From contig JANOQV010000011.1 in the NCBI GenBank assembly GCA_031414955.1, positions 1-48,334 of the forward strand: DNA of 48,334 bases, written 5' to 3'. Below, piece after piece: positions 40,093 through 48,334 of this stretch. Origin of the DNA: Pedosphaera sp. GTDB lineage: Bacteria > Verrucomicrobiota > Verrucomicrobiia > Limisphaerales > SIBH01. Positions within the stretch are counted from its first letter, which is position 1. The number at the start of each line of letters is the position of its first letter. The notes under the pieces were generated by a model. It had not been told where the DNA came from. It did not search any database and worked only from the letters and a program-made list of their open reading frames with translations. Both the position numbers and the translations under genes were made by a program.

Positions 40093-40497
40093 ATGAAAAC
40101 GAGAATCATCACCGGAAGCTTTGGCGCTTTGTCCTTCGAGGTTCGCCTCACGAAGGCGGTTCCGCCTCGCCTGGAGGAACATGAGTCGCCCGCCGCCGCC
40201 ATGCACTCTTCGGTGCCGCGACCCTGGGTTGAACTGGCTTTGCCAGCGACCGTCTCGTTTCCTGCCGTGCCGCCGCCCGCTGCCGGTGCCGCGAATGGCC
40301 GCATGATGAAGCTGGGTGGTGCGGCGCCCGCCGAGGTGCTGATGAGAATGCACGAGTTAACGCCGGTAAAACAGCGGCTTGTTTCCCGTTCTTGGCGGTC
40401 CGCCCTCCCGCCACCCGCAGGCCTGACTTCTTTGCCGGCGGGTCGACCTGATTTCCGCAAACTCTCCCATGACGACGAAAGTGCTCATCATCGATGA
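40093..40497 (+). CDS. Hypothetical protein
   Basis: ATG preceded by GGAG and downstream of the candidate sigma54 site. No recognisable motif, and the 3' extent is doubtful. Confidence 0.3.
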   Translation: MKTRIITGSFGALSFEVRLTKAVPPRLEEHESPAAAMHSSVPRPWVELALPATVSFPAVPPPAAGAANGRMMKLGGAAPAEVLMRMHELTPVKQRLVSRSWRSALPPPAGLTSLPAGRPDFRKLSHDDESAHHR

Positions 40498-40957
40498 CGA
40501 CGAGGCCATTCGTGAATCCATGAAAAAGATTCTCGAACGAGATGGCTACCAGGTTCTGCTCGCTGCGGACGGACACGCTGCGCTGGAACAATTTGATCCA
40601 CAGCGGATCGATTTGCTCCTTCTCGATCTCGATCTGCCCGTCCGCAGCGGATGGGAGGTCTTCAGCGAATTCACCACGCGCCGGCCTTCCTTGCCCGTCA
40701 TCGTGATCACCGGCCAGGCCGGTCAGCACCACGTCGCTCAGGCGGCGGGCGTGGACGCCTTCATGGAGAAACCCTTCGATGTGCCGAAACTCTTGCAGAC
40801 CATGAAGGACGTGCTCGCCGTACCGGAGGAACAACGCTTGCGCCGACTCCTCGGTCGCGGCGACCAGCCCCGGCACGTCCCGGCGGATGCCCGGATGATT
40901 TTCGAGACCTACCGCGAGCGCCATCCCGTGCCCCCGCAGCGGCCCGCGCCCCGGTAG
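40469..40957 (+). CDS. Single-domain response regulator
   Basis: VLIIDDD, LLLLDLDLP..SG, VITG and EKPF. Confidence 0.88.
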   Translation: MTTKVLIIDDDEAIRESMKKILERDGYQVLLAADGHAALEQFDPQRIDLLLLDLDLPVRSGWEVFSEFTTRRPSLPVIVITGQAGQHHVAQAAGVDAFMEKPFDVPKLLQTMKDVLAVPEEQRLRRLLGRGDQPRHVPADARMIFETYRERHPVPPQRPAPR

Positions 40958-41011
40958 GATGCGGGACAGCAACCGCGCCCGCACTCAACCCCATTTCCTA
41001 TCTCCATAAAC

Positions 41012-41881
41012 ATGAAATCACTCACCCATATGAAAATACTCCGCATGAAATCCATCCTCATTGTCCTCGCCGCCACGCTGCTTGCCAGTTTCAACGAGCC
41101 TGCCCGGGCTGATGAAGCCGCCCCGGCGGTCGGCGCGCGTCCAACCACCGTCGAGCACCGTTCCTTCACCGGCACCATCCAGCGCGTGGACGACAAGGAA
41201 CGCACTCTCGTCATCGAATCGTTCTTTCTCACCCGCACCTTCACGGCCGGGAACCACTGCCGCGTGGAACTGGAGGACAAGCCGTCGGCCGCGCTCAAGG
41301 ATTTGCGTCCCGGCCATCGCGTCCAGGTGCAGTATCTGGCCCGGGATGGCGTCAACGTCGCGGCCCGCATCCGCCAGGAGAACTCATCCTTCACCGGAAA
41401 CATCACCGCGCTCGACGCCACCGGGAAGACCTTCAAGGTCAAGCACGGGCTTTCCACCAAAGCCTTCAACCTCGGCGACGGTTGCCAGATCGTCGTGCGT
41501 GGTGAAAAGGGGCGCAGCTTCGCCGACTTGAAACTTGGCCACAAAGTCACCGTCCGCTTCGCTTCGGCTCTGCCGGAGAATTTCGCCTTCAAGATCGAGC
41601 AGAGCAGTCTCGAGTTTACCGGCACCATCGAGGCGATGGACGCGGGCACCGGCACGCTCAAGGCTCGTCAGTTGCTCGGCAGCAAGACCTTCAAGCTGGG
41701 CGATGATTGTCCGATTATCGTCGAGGGCCGGACCGGGGCGAAACTCCGCGACCTGCGCCTGGGCGATAAGATCACTTTCCACTACGAGGACGTGGACGGC
41801 GTGCTGATCGCCAACCACCTCGCCCGGGAGAATGCTCCCTCGGCCAAGCCCGAGTCCGAGCCATTGATCCGCAAAGACTGA
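41012..41881 (+). CDS. Exported protein with three tandem OB-fold-like repeats
   Basis: Signal peptide and three FTG.I...D......F..G..C......A.L.DL..G.KV...(Y/F) units. Confidence 0.7.
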   Translation: MKSLTHMKILRMKSILIVLAATLLASFNEPARADEAAPAVGARPTTVEHRSFTGTIQRVDDKERTLVIESFFLTRTFTAGNHCRVELEDKPSAALKDLRPGHRVQVQYLARDGVNVAARIRQENSSFTGNITALDATGKTFKVKHGLSTKAFNLGDGCQIVVRGEKGRSFADLKLGHKVTVRFASALPENFAFKIEQSSLEFTGTIEAMDAGTGTLKARQLLGSKTFKLGDDCPIIVEGRTGAKLRDLRLGDKITFHYEDVDGVLIANHLARENAPSAKPESEPLIRKD

Positions 41882-42284
41882 GGCGCACACCCGCACGGGA
41901 TGGATTCCAAAAAGCCAGCCAACCCCAGTTCCAGGGGGGAGCCTGCCCGGGCCGACGGCCCTAATCCCCGGCCCGGGTCCGGATGCGCCGGATGTTGTCT
42001 CATTCGGGCCTGGGCGGCGGTGGAACGATTGCATCAGGCTCTCTGGCGCAGTGGCGCGGTCACGGTGCGGGGCTATCGCAAATTTCGCCGGCCGAGCCGG
42101 CCGGGGCGGGAATAGCAGCCCGTTGGAAAAGCAGCGACTGACGTGAGTCGGGGCTGGATGTGTTCTACTTCTGGCGCGAGCGCCGCGTCGGTAGACTACG
42201 GTGGCGGCGGGCGGCGAGTTTTGGAAGGCCCGCCCTCGGCCCGGGCCGTCTCAAGGCTGGCCCTGCGGGCACCCGACCCTGGCC

Positions 42285-42839
42285 TTACTCCTTCGACATA
42301 TTGTCGATGAAGGCAGCCTCATCGAGGCGCTGCTCGGCTTGCTTGTGTGCGAGGAGCACGGTGCTGTCCCCGGGCGATTGGGCAGGCTGGGGATGGGCTG
42401 GCTGACCGGGCAAGGGCTGCTGAATCTCCGCCTTCTCCTTCCGGCGCAGAAACCCAAAGGCTTTTTCCAGGGTCGTCTGAATGGCCCCATGGTTCAACCG
42501 CCGGAAGCGGCGGATGGATTTGGCGTCCGGAATGTCCCCGTGGACGCCATCCCGCAGTTCCTTGTCCTTGAGCATCTTCTGCTCAATTTCCTCCGAGGTG
42601 TAAACGCCCTTGGCGTAGCAGTAACTCACCGCGCCGAGCATCTCGCCGGCCGGCAACGCGCCGCCATCCTTCGGCAGCACCGGCGTCGCGCCCTGCTGCA
42701 CGCTCTCCGCCGCCGCCCGCTTGATCATCATGGTCAGGCCGGTGGTCTCATCGATCGTCGGGTTAGGTTTCGCACCTGGGGAAAACTTGCCCAAGTGCAG
42801 AATGGTGCTGGGATCCTGGTCATTTTGCTTGTTGCTCAT
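42285..42839 (-). CDS. Stand-alone DUF772-like (IS1182/IS5 N-terminal) domain protein
   Basis: ML....YCYAKGVYTSEEIE....D.........PD..SIRRFRR.N. No DDE domain follows. Confidence 0.6.
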   Translation of the reverse strand: MSNKQNDQDPSTILHLGKFSPGAKPNPTIDETTGLTMMIKRAAAESVQQGATPVLPKDGGALPAGEMLGAVSYCYAKGVYTSEEIEQKMLKDKELRDGVHGDIPDAKSIRRFRRLNHGAIQTTLEKAFGFLRRKEKAEIQQPLPGQPAHPQPAQSPGDSTVLLAHKQAEQRLDEAAFIDNMSKE

Positions 42840-42906
42840 AAGCCCTCTCGTCAACCCCATGTTTGAACCGCTTCGCGCACTCAAGCGAGCATCAAATCAG
42901 GAATAG

Positions 42907-44679
42907 TTACTCCCATCCGATCTGCCGCCCGCGATTCTGTTCCTCCAACCATCCGAGCAGCGGCTTGTAGTAATCCACCATCGCGCGCGTGGAGAGGTTC
43001 TCGCCGGTCGCTTCACGCAAGACCTTGCGCCAGTCCTCGGTGCCGCCTTTCTCCATGATGCCGCGCAGGAACTTTCCGATCTGTTTGTTGCCCGCGTAAT
43101 TGCAGCGCTGCGGCGGCTGCTTGAGAATCTTCCGCGCGATGTGGTCGTGCAATTGGAACTTCAACACCGTGGCGATGGCGTAGCTGTAATAGTAGGCCGG
43201 GTTGTCGTTGATGTGCGTCTTGGTTGCGGCGTCGCAGAACTCCTCGCCGCGCGTCGCCGGCGGCTCGATGCCCTGGAACTTCTGCACGTACTCCCACCAG
43301 CGCGCGTTCCACTGCTCAGGCGGAAGTTTCTTCGCATACACGTCCGCCTCCCAATGCGTCATCGTGCCCGAGGACCAGGCGATGAACGGCGCCGAGTGCG
43401 AGAGCGCGTTGTCGAGTAGGAAGGCCGTTTCGTCCGCCTTGAAATCCTTGGGCAGAATGCCCGCCGCTTGCAGATACGGCACCTGTCCCGCCGCCAGCGA
43501 AATCAATTCCCCCATGCCTTCGTGAAACGCCGGGTTCGCCCCGATGCGCAGCAACGGCGGCACCTCGGGCCGCGTGTAGCTGATGAAATAGTAGCCGTGC
43601 CCCAGTTCGTGATGCGCCGTGCTGAACCATTGCTCGTTCGCCTCCACGCTCATCAGTGAGCGGATGTCCGTGTTCAGATCGAGATGCCAGCAGCTCGCGT
43701 GGGTGTTCTTCTTCCGCGTCTCGCCCGGCTTCACCGGATACAAGTCCGACGCCGTCCAGAACGTCTGCGGCAATTTCGGAAAACCAAGGCCGGTGTAGAA
43801 CTCCTCCGCCGTCTTCGTCACCCACTCCGGCGCCTTGTTCGTGAAATAGCTCTCTAGTTTCGCCGCCTCCACGATGCCGCTCCACTCCTGCCCCCAACGA
43901 TTGTTGATCCAATGCGCGGGAATCAGCTTCGGAACCGGCTGGCCGTATTTCTTCGCCAGCGCGTGCTTGGTGTAAGTGTGGAGCTGGAGATAAAGCGGAC
44001 GCATCTCGCGCAGGAAATCATCCTGGAGCTTCACCATCTCGTCCGTGGTCATGCCGTAGCCGGCCACTTGCAACGCGAAGTAATCCTTGTGCCCCAGCTC
44101 CTGCGCCACGCCGTTACGCAGCTTCTGGAGCTTCATCAATCCCGGCTTGAGCGCCGGGCCGGATAACTTCGATGCCTCCCACACCGCGCGGCGCTCCGCG
44201 AGGTTCGTGCTGCTCTGGAGCAGTTTGTCGATCTGGTTCACCGAAATGTTCGTGCCACCGAGCTTGAAGACGAATCCATTCAACGTGGAGTTCTGCTCCG
44301 TCTCGGCCTTGATGCGCGCATTCACCAACTCGGGATTCGTCATCGGCCCCTCGGCGGCGTTGAGCAATACCTTCTCCAATTCGCGCACCGTGATGGGTTT
44401 CAACTTCGACTTGAGCAACTCCTGCGTCTCGCGAATCAGCGCCGGGTTGCCGTTGAAGGCCGCGCTCGCCTTGCCCGCGACCTCCGCCGCCGCGTCGTGC
44501 TCCGGCTTCACGTCCGTCGAGGCCAGCCACTGCGCCTCGCTGTTGACCTTGTAGAGCGCCTGATAACTGGCGTTGACGATGCGGAGCAATTGTTCGGCGC
44601 GCGCCTGCGGCGAATCCGCCGCGCGGACTCCCGACACGAGCCACCCCAGGGTCAACGTGATGAGCAGGAAAAATTTCAT
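42907..44679 (-). CDS. M2-family metallopeptidase (ACE-like peptidyl-dipeptidase)
   Basis: Signal peptide MKFFLL, HASCW, HHELGH (HExxH) and GANPAFHEGMGE. Confidence 0.92.
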   Translation of the reverse strand: MKFFLLITLTLGWLVSGVRAADSPQARAEQLLRIVNASYQALYKVNSEAQWLASTDVKPEHDAAAEVAGKASAAFNGNPALIRETQELLKSKLKPITVRELEKVLLNAAEGPMTNPELVNARIKAETEQNSTLNGFVFKLGGTNISVNQIDKLLQSSTNLAERRAVWEASKLSGPALKPGLMKLQKLRNGVAQELGHKDYFALQVAGYGMTTDEMVKLQDDFLREMRPLYLQLHTYTKHALAKKYGQPVPKLIPAHWINNRWGQEWSGIVEAAKLESYFTNKAPEWVTKTAEEFYTGLGFPKLPQTFWTASDLYPVKPGETRKKNTHASCWHLDLNTDIRSLMSVEANEQWFSTAHHELGHGYYFISYTRPEVPPLLRIGANPAFHEGMGELISLAAGQVPYLQAAGILPKDFKADETAFLLDNALSHSAPFIAWSSGTMTHWEADVYAKKLPPEQWNARWWEYVQKFQGIEPPATRGEEFCDAATKTHINDNPAYYYSYAIATVLKFQLHDHIARKILKQPPQRCNYAGNKQIGKFLRGIMEKGGTEDWRKVLREATGENLSTRAMVDYYKPLLGWLEEQNRGRQIGWE

Positions 44680-44784
44680 GGCCGGCAGGCTAACGGGGTT
44701 CGATTCATTTGCCAACGCGCGTTGTGGGAGCGCGGATCGCCCAGTCCGCAGGTTCGCCGTCTCTCGACCAACAGTCCGTGACGG

Positions 44785-45264
44785 TTATGGTTTCCCAGTC
44801 ACCATCCGCCGCAACTCGTCCGACAACCAGAACCCCGCCTTTTGATGCAGATCGTTCAACATCGCTTCCGCATCCGGGAGCAGGCTGCGCTCCCGCGCTT
44901 CGATGAGCACGCCGACCAGGCCAGTGACTCGAAGTCCGAGCCGTTTCGCCGCTGCCCGCCCGAGGCGTTCATCGATCAGCACCAGGTCCGCACCAGCCTC
45001 TCGTGCCAGAACAATGGCCTCGGACTCGCCCGCGCCCAGATCCCGGCGGAGCAGGGAGACCAACCCGGTATCGGCAACGGAGCGCCGCTCAATCCAATCC
45101 GACTGCGACACCGTGCCAGCCCCTGGTTTGTCCAGCCCGGCTGCGACCACCTCCCGCCAGACGGCCTCGGGCAAAAGCAGTTTTCCAAATACTGTGTGTA
45201 ATAGCTCCAGCCGCCCGATGCGGGCCAGAGCGATGAGTGGTGAGGCATCCGCGACGACGATCAT
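44785..45264 (-). CDS. DUF3368-like PIN-domain protein (putative toxin)
   Basis: VVADASPLI.L, LG.GESEAI.LA, LIDER.GR..A and GLVGVLI.A. Confidence 0.85.
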   Translation of the reverse strand: MIVVADASPLIALARIGRLELLHTVFGKLLLPEAVWREVVAAGLDKPGAGTVSQSDWIERRSVADTGLVSLLRRDLGAGESEAIVLAREAGADLVLIDERLGRAAAKRLGLRVTGLVGVLIEARERSLLPDAEAMLNDLHQKAGFWLSDELRRMVTGKP

Positions 45265-45518
45265 GCGCTGCGCAAGGCCGCCAGCGTTTCCCGGTCATCC
45301 CGTGCGTCGTCCGCGTTGTAGTGCGGTCCCAGATGGCGCGTTCCCAAGTGCATCTGGAATTCAGCCACCGGCAGGGCAGCCAGTTCGGCGGCTTTGCCCA
45401 GCGAAAGGCGATGGGCGGCGAAGAGCGCGAGCGCCAGTTCCAGCTTGGCCTCGGCGACCGTCATGCGCGCGGATTCCAGGACATCACGGGATATTTCGAA
45501 ACTCAGGGTCGCAGTCAT
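45261..45518 (-). CDS. UPF0175-like antitoxin
   Basis: LELALALF....LSLGKAAELA.L...EF...L, with an ATGA overlap with the toxin gene. Confidence 0.85.
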   Translation of the reverse strand: MTATLSFEISRDVLESARMTVAEAKLELALALFAAHRLSLGKAAELAALPVAEFQMHLGTRHLGPHYNADDARDDRETLAALRSA

Positions 45519-45769
45519 GGCGCAAAGCTACCGGGCCTGTGTCCTCCGGGCAAGCGGAACGCCGCTCCGGGTGAGCAGGAAACATTTCATGGCCGGCAGG
45601 CTTGCGTGTTTCGCTTCATTTGCCAACGAATGTGCTTGGAGCGGTGGGGCGGGTCGTGCCGCGATTTCTCTCCGATTGTCAATTGTGAGGGTGGCCCCCC
45701 TTTACTTTTGACGCTGTGAGAACAGCGAGGCAAAGTCCGGGGAAATGAAGCTCCGCAACACGACTCCGT

Positions 45770-47161
45770 ATGCCAGAAGCCACTGAAATACTTGATCCCA
45801 CGCTGCCGGGAGTCGTGCGGCCTGCGAAGTCCTCATTGAAGAGAGCGAAGAACGCTGCACCAGCCTTTCGAGAAGACAATAAGCTGCGACTGAACGACCG
45901 GGCGGCTCACCAGTGGTATCGATTTGTTCTCTCATTTCCGCCGCACTTGGTTCGTGATTACGCGGCGAAGTTTGGGATCACTCCCCACCATCGGGTTCTT
46001 GACCCTTTCTGCGGTACGGGAACCACAGTAGTTGAATGCAAAAAGCTGGGGATTCCTTCCTACGGCCTGGAGCCAAACCCCGTGGTGAGTTTTGCAAGCC
46101 GGACGAAGGTTCGCTGGGCAGTTGACGCACAGGGGTTAATGCGACACGCACGCGTTGTAGCCGATGCAGCCTACAGGCGGTTAGAGCGCGACGGATTTGA
46201 TGACGACGCTGGCACGCTCAGGCTTTTGGAACGCCCCCATCGAGTTCGTGCGGTGCTTCGGACTCTGCCAGTAGCAACCGCGAAGCTGTTGCTCACAAAT
46301 TCCATCAGTCCGGTGCCGCTGCACAAGACCCTAGTCCTGATTGATGCGATGGCCGAGCACCACGACCCGCGCTTCAGTGATCACGAGCGTCTGGCTTTGG
46401 CCGCGTCACTCGTGAACGGAATTAGCAATTTGCACTTTGGGCCGGAGGTTGGCGTTGGCCCTGCGAAAGCAGACGCAGCAGTGGTGTCGCTTTGGTTGGA
46501 CGGTGTCCGGGCGATGGTTCAGGACTTGGAGAACCTGCCGCGGCGTGACGAAACGGAAGCCCTAATTCACCAAGCAGACTCTCGCGATGTTGCTTCGGTT
46601 CTGCCGCCCCAATCAGTCGATGCAGTCATCACGTCACCTCCCTATCCCAACGAAAAGGACTACACACGCACGACCAGGCTGGAGTCTGTATTGCTTGGTT
46701 TTATCAACTCCAAAGAGGAACTGCGCGAACTGAAGAAGCGTCTGGTTCGTTCCAACACAAGAGGCGTTTACAAGGCCGACACCGATGATTCGCACGTATT
46801 TGGGCACGTAGAAATTGATCGCATCGCGGCGGCCATCGAGCAGAGGCGCATCGACCTAGAAAAAGACTCGGGCTTCGAGAAGCTCTACGCCCGCGTGACC
46901 AAACTTTACTTTGGCGGCATGTCGCGGCATTTGGCCGATCTGCGCCGCGTGCTCCGTCCCGGTGCGCAGTTGGCGTACGTCGTGGGAGATCAGGCGTCGT
47001 ACCTTCGGATCATGATCCGCACTGGCCAACTGCTCGCGGACATCGCCGGATCTCTGGGCTATGAAGTGACGGGGATTGATCTATTCCGCACGCGGCTCGC
47101 GACGGCCACCCGTGATCAATTACGCGAAGAGGTTGTTCTCCTTCGTTGGCCTGGTCCTTAG
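45770..47161 (+). CDS. Amino-DNA methyltransferase, probably N4-cytosine, alpha order
   Basis: VLDPFCGTGTT (motif I) lies N-terminal to VITSPPY (motif IV). Confidence 0.85.
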   Translation: MPEATEILDPTLPGVVRPAKSSLKRAKNAAPAFREDNKLRLNDRAAHQWYRFVLSFPPHLVRDYAAKFGITPHHRVLDPFCGTGTTVVECKKLGIPSYGLEPNPVVSFASRTKVRWAVDAQGLMRHARVVADAAYRRLERDGFDDDAGTLRLLERPHRVRAVLRTLPVATAKLLLTNSISPVPLHKTLVLIDAMAEHHDPRFSDHERLALAASLVNGISNLHFGPEVGVGPAKADAAVVSLWLDGVRAMVQDLENLPRRDETEALIHQADSRDVASVLPPQSVDAVITSPPYPNEKDYTRTTRLESVLLGFINSKEELRELKKRLVRSNTRGVYKADTDDSHVFGHVEIDRIAAAIEQRRIDLEKDSGFEKLYARVTKLYFGGMSRHLADLRRVLRPGAQLAYVVGDQASYLRIMIRTGQLLADIAGSLGYEVTGIDLFRTRLATATRDQLREEVVLLRWPGP

Positions 47162-47180
47162 TCTCCGCATCACAACTCTA

Positions 47181-47978
47181 ATGAAATCCAAGAATCGATA
47201 CGCCGCGATCATCGAGCGCATCTTCAAGTCCAAATTCAAGTCGGGCATGAGTGAGTTGGATTTTGTTCGTGAAGAAATTGTGACCATGGCCCGCGAACTC
47301 AAGATCCATCTTCCCAAGAATATTGGCGATCTGGTCTACACGTTTCGCTACCGATCTGCGTTGCCTGCGTCGATCCAAAAGCAAGCTGCTGCGGGGAAGG
47401 TTTGGATCATCAGACCCACAGGTCAGGCCAAATACCGTTTCGTTTTAGTGCCGGACATTCCCCTTACTCCCAATCCCAATCTCGTCGATACCAAAATCCC
47501 GGATGCCACGCCGGGCATCGTTACCAAATATGCCTTCAATGATGAGCAAGCGCTGCTGGCGCGACTGCGTTACAACCGGCTCGTGGATATTTTCACCAGT
47601 GTCACCTGCTACTCGCTCCAAAACCACCTGCGAACCACGGCCCCAAACATGGGACAGGTGGAAACCGACGAAATTTACGTCGGACTGGATAAAAAGGGTG
47701 CTCACTATGTCTTTCCTCTGCAAGCCAAAGGCGGGAGCGACAAATTGAGTGTGGTCCAGATCGAACAGGATTTTGCTGTATGCGCACACAAGTTTCCGGG
47801 GCTGATCTGCCGCCCCATCGGGGCGCAGTTCGCCAAAGGCGGCGTGATTGTGCTTTTTGAGTTCGAGCAGACGGATGCCGGTGTTCGCGTGAGTTCGGAA
47901 CGGCATTACAAGCTGGTGCCACCGGAGGAAGTCAGTGAAACCGATTTGCAGAACTACCGAGGAAGAACGGCCGACTAG
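47181..47978 (+). CDS. Putative type II restriction endonuclease
   Basis: Follows the MTase after 19 nt and has a PD-(D/E)xK-like E...QVETDEIY...LQAK motif. Confidence 0.7.
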   Translation: MKSKNRYAAIIERIFKSKFKSGMSELDFVREEIVTMARELKIHLPKNIGDLVYTFRYRSALPASIQKQAAAGKVWIIRPTGQAKYRFVLVPDIPLTPNPNLVDTKIPDATPGIVTKYAFNDEQALLARLRYNRLVDIFTSVTCYSLQNHLRTTAPNMGQVETDEIYVGLDKKGAHYVFPLQAKGGSDKLSVVQIEQDFAVCAHKFPGLICRPIGAQFAKGGVIVLFEFEQTDAGVRVSSERHYKLVPPEEVSETDLQNYRGRTAD

Positions 47979-48236
47979 CAGTAAGTAAAGGAATCAGTTC
48001 AGCCTCCTTCTGCCCCTCTGTTTTCCGTTGTGCCGCTGCTTGTCGCAGATTGACCAGTTCTACTTTTCAGCCCATTCCCCCTCCTTCAAATTCCTCGCCC
48101 GCGCCCCAGGTTTCTGTTTCTTTCCGGCCTTCGCCAACGGAGACACGTAGTGTCGGTCACAGATCTTTCACGAAGTTGGGGCAACAGCGGGGGCCGTATT
48201 GACTCACGGCTAAATGTTACCGAAGGCGGGAGCCCA

Positions 48237-48334
48237 TCAGGGCTTCGTTGACTCACGATTCAGGTTACTGAGCACAGTGAAAAATTTCTTCAGTTTGACC
48301 TCAATGGTTTTCTTCAACTCGAACGGATCCAACT
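48237..48334 (-). mobile_element. Possible C-terminus of an IS-type transposase entering from the right edge
   Basis: Open frame LDPFELKKTIEVKLKKFFTVLSNLNRESTKP*, with two copies of TTGACTCACG..GTTAC.GA (48199-48223 and 48248-48271) resembling IS end repeats. Family recognition is from memory only. Confidence 0.4.

Larger units (their letters stand above)
44661..45643. repeat. 72-bp imperfect direct repeats (44661-44732 and 45572-45643) flanking a TA pair
   Basis: TGAGCAGGAAA(A/C)ATTTCATGGCCGGCAGGCT...TTCATTTGCCAACG, 60/72 identical by manual count. Spans the peptidase start codon and its upstream region. Confidence 0.85.

Noticed and set aside
41900..42115. 71-aa ORF after the repeat protein
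   Set aside because: No motif and no supporting signal. It cannot be distinguished from a chance ORF.

Overview
High-GC bacterial DNA, probably from a Verrucomicrobiota (Pedosphaera/Limisphaerales-like) genome. This taxon is inferred from protein style and repeat types, not shown. The core genes are rnr, bioB, rpsL-rpsG-fusA (terminated after fusA), a sigma54-type two-component cluster, arsC plus an aquaporin, a TIGR04283-like glycosyltransferase, a sulfite-oxidase-family enzyme and an M2 (ACE-like) peptidase. Accessory cargo is interleaved: three intact and one decayed PIN-type toxin-antitoxin pairs, a truncated REP-associated (RAYT/IS200-like) transposase with long palindromic REPs, three large secreted proteins (477, 1460 and 3438 aa), an ankyrin protein and a type II restriction-modification pair. 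The most striking pattern is that at least five cargo blocks are bracketed by diverged direct copies of the end of a neighbouring gene, with no integrase in view. The copied ends are the ubiD 3' end (three copies), the paaX-like 3' end plus a palindrome (two), the sulfite oxidase 3' end (two), a secreted-protein 5' end (two) and the M2 peptidase 5' end (two). Several orphan ends carry 16-32 bp palindromic micro-insertions. The three secreted proteins share a C-terminal 'VE.S..L..W...F.D...FYR' module that looks like a sorting signal.
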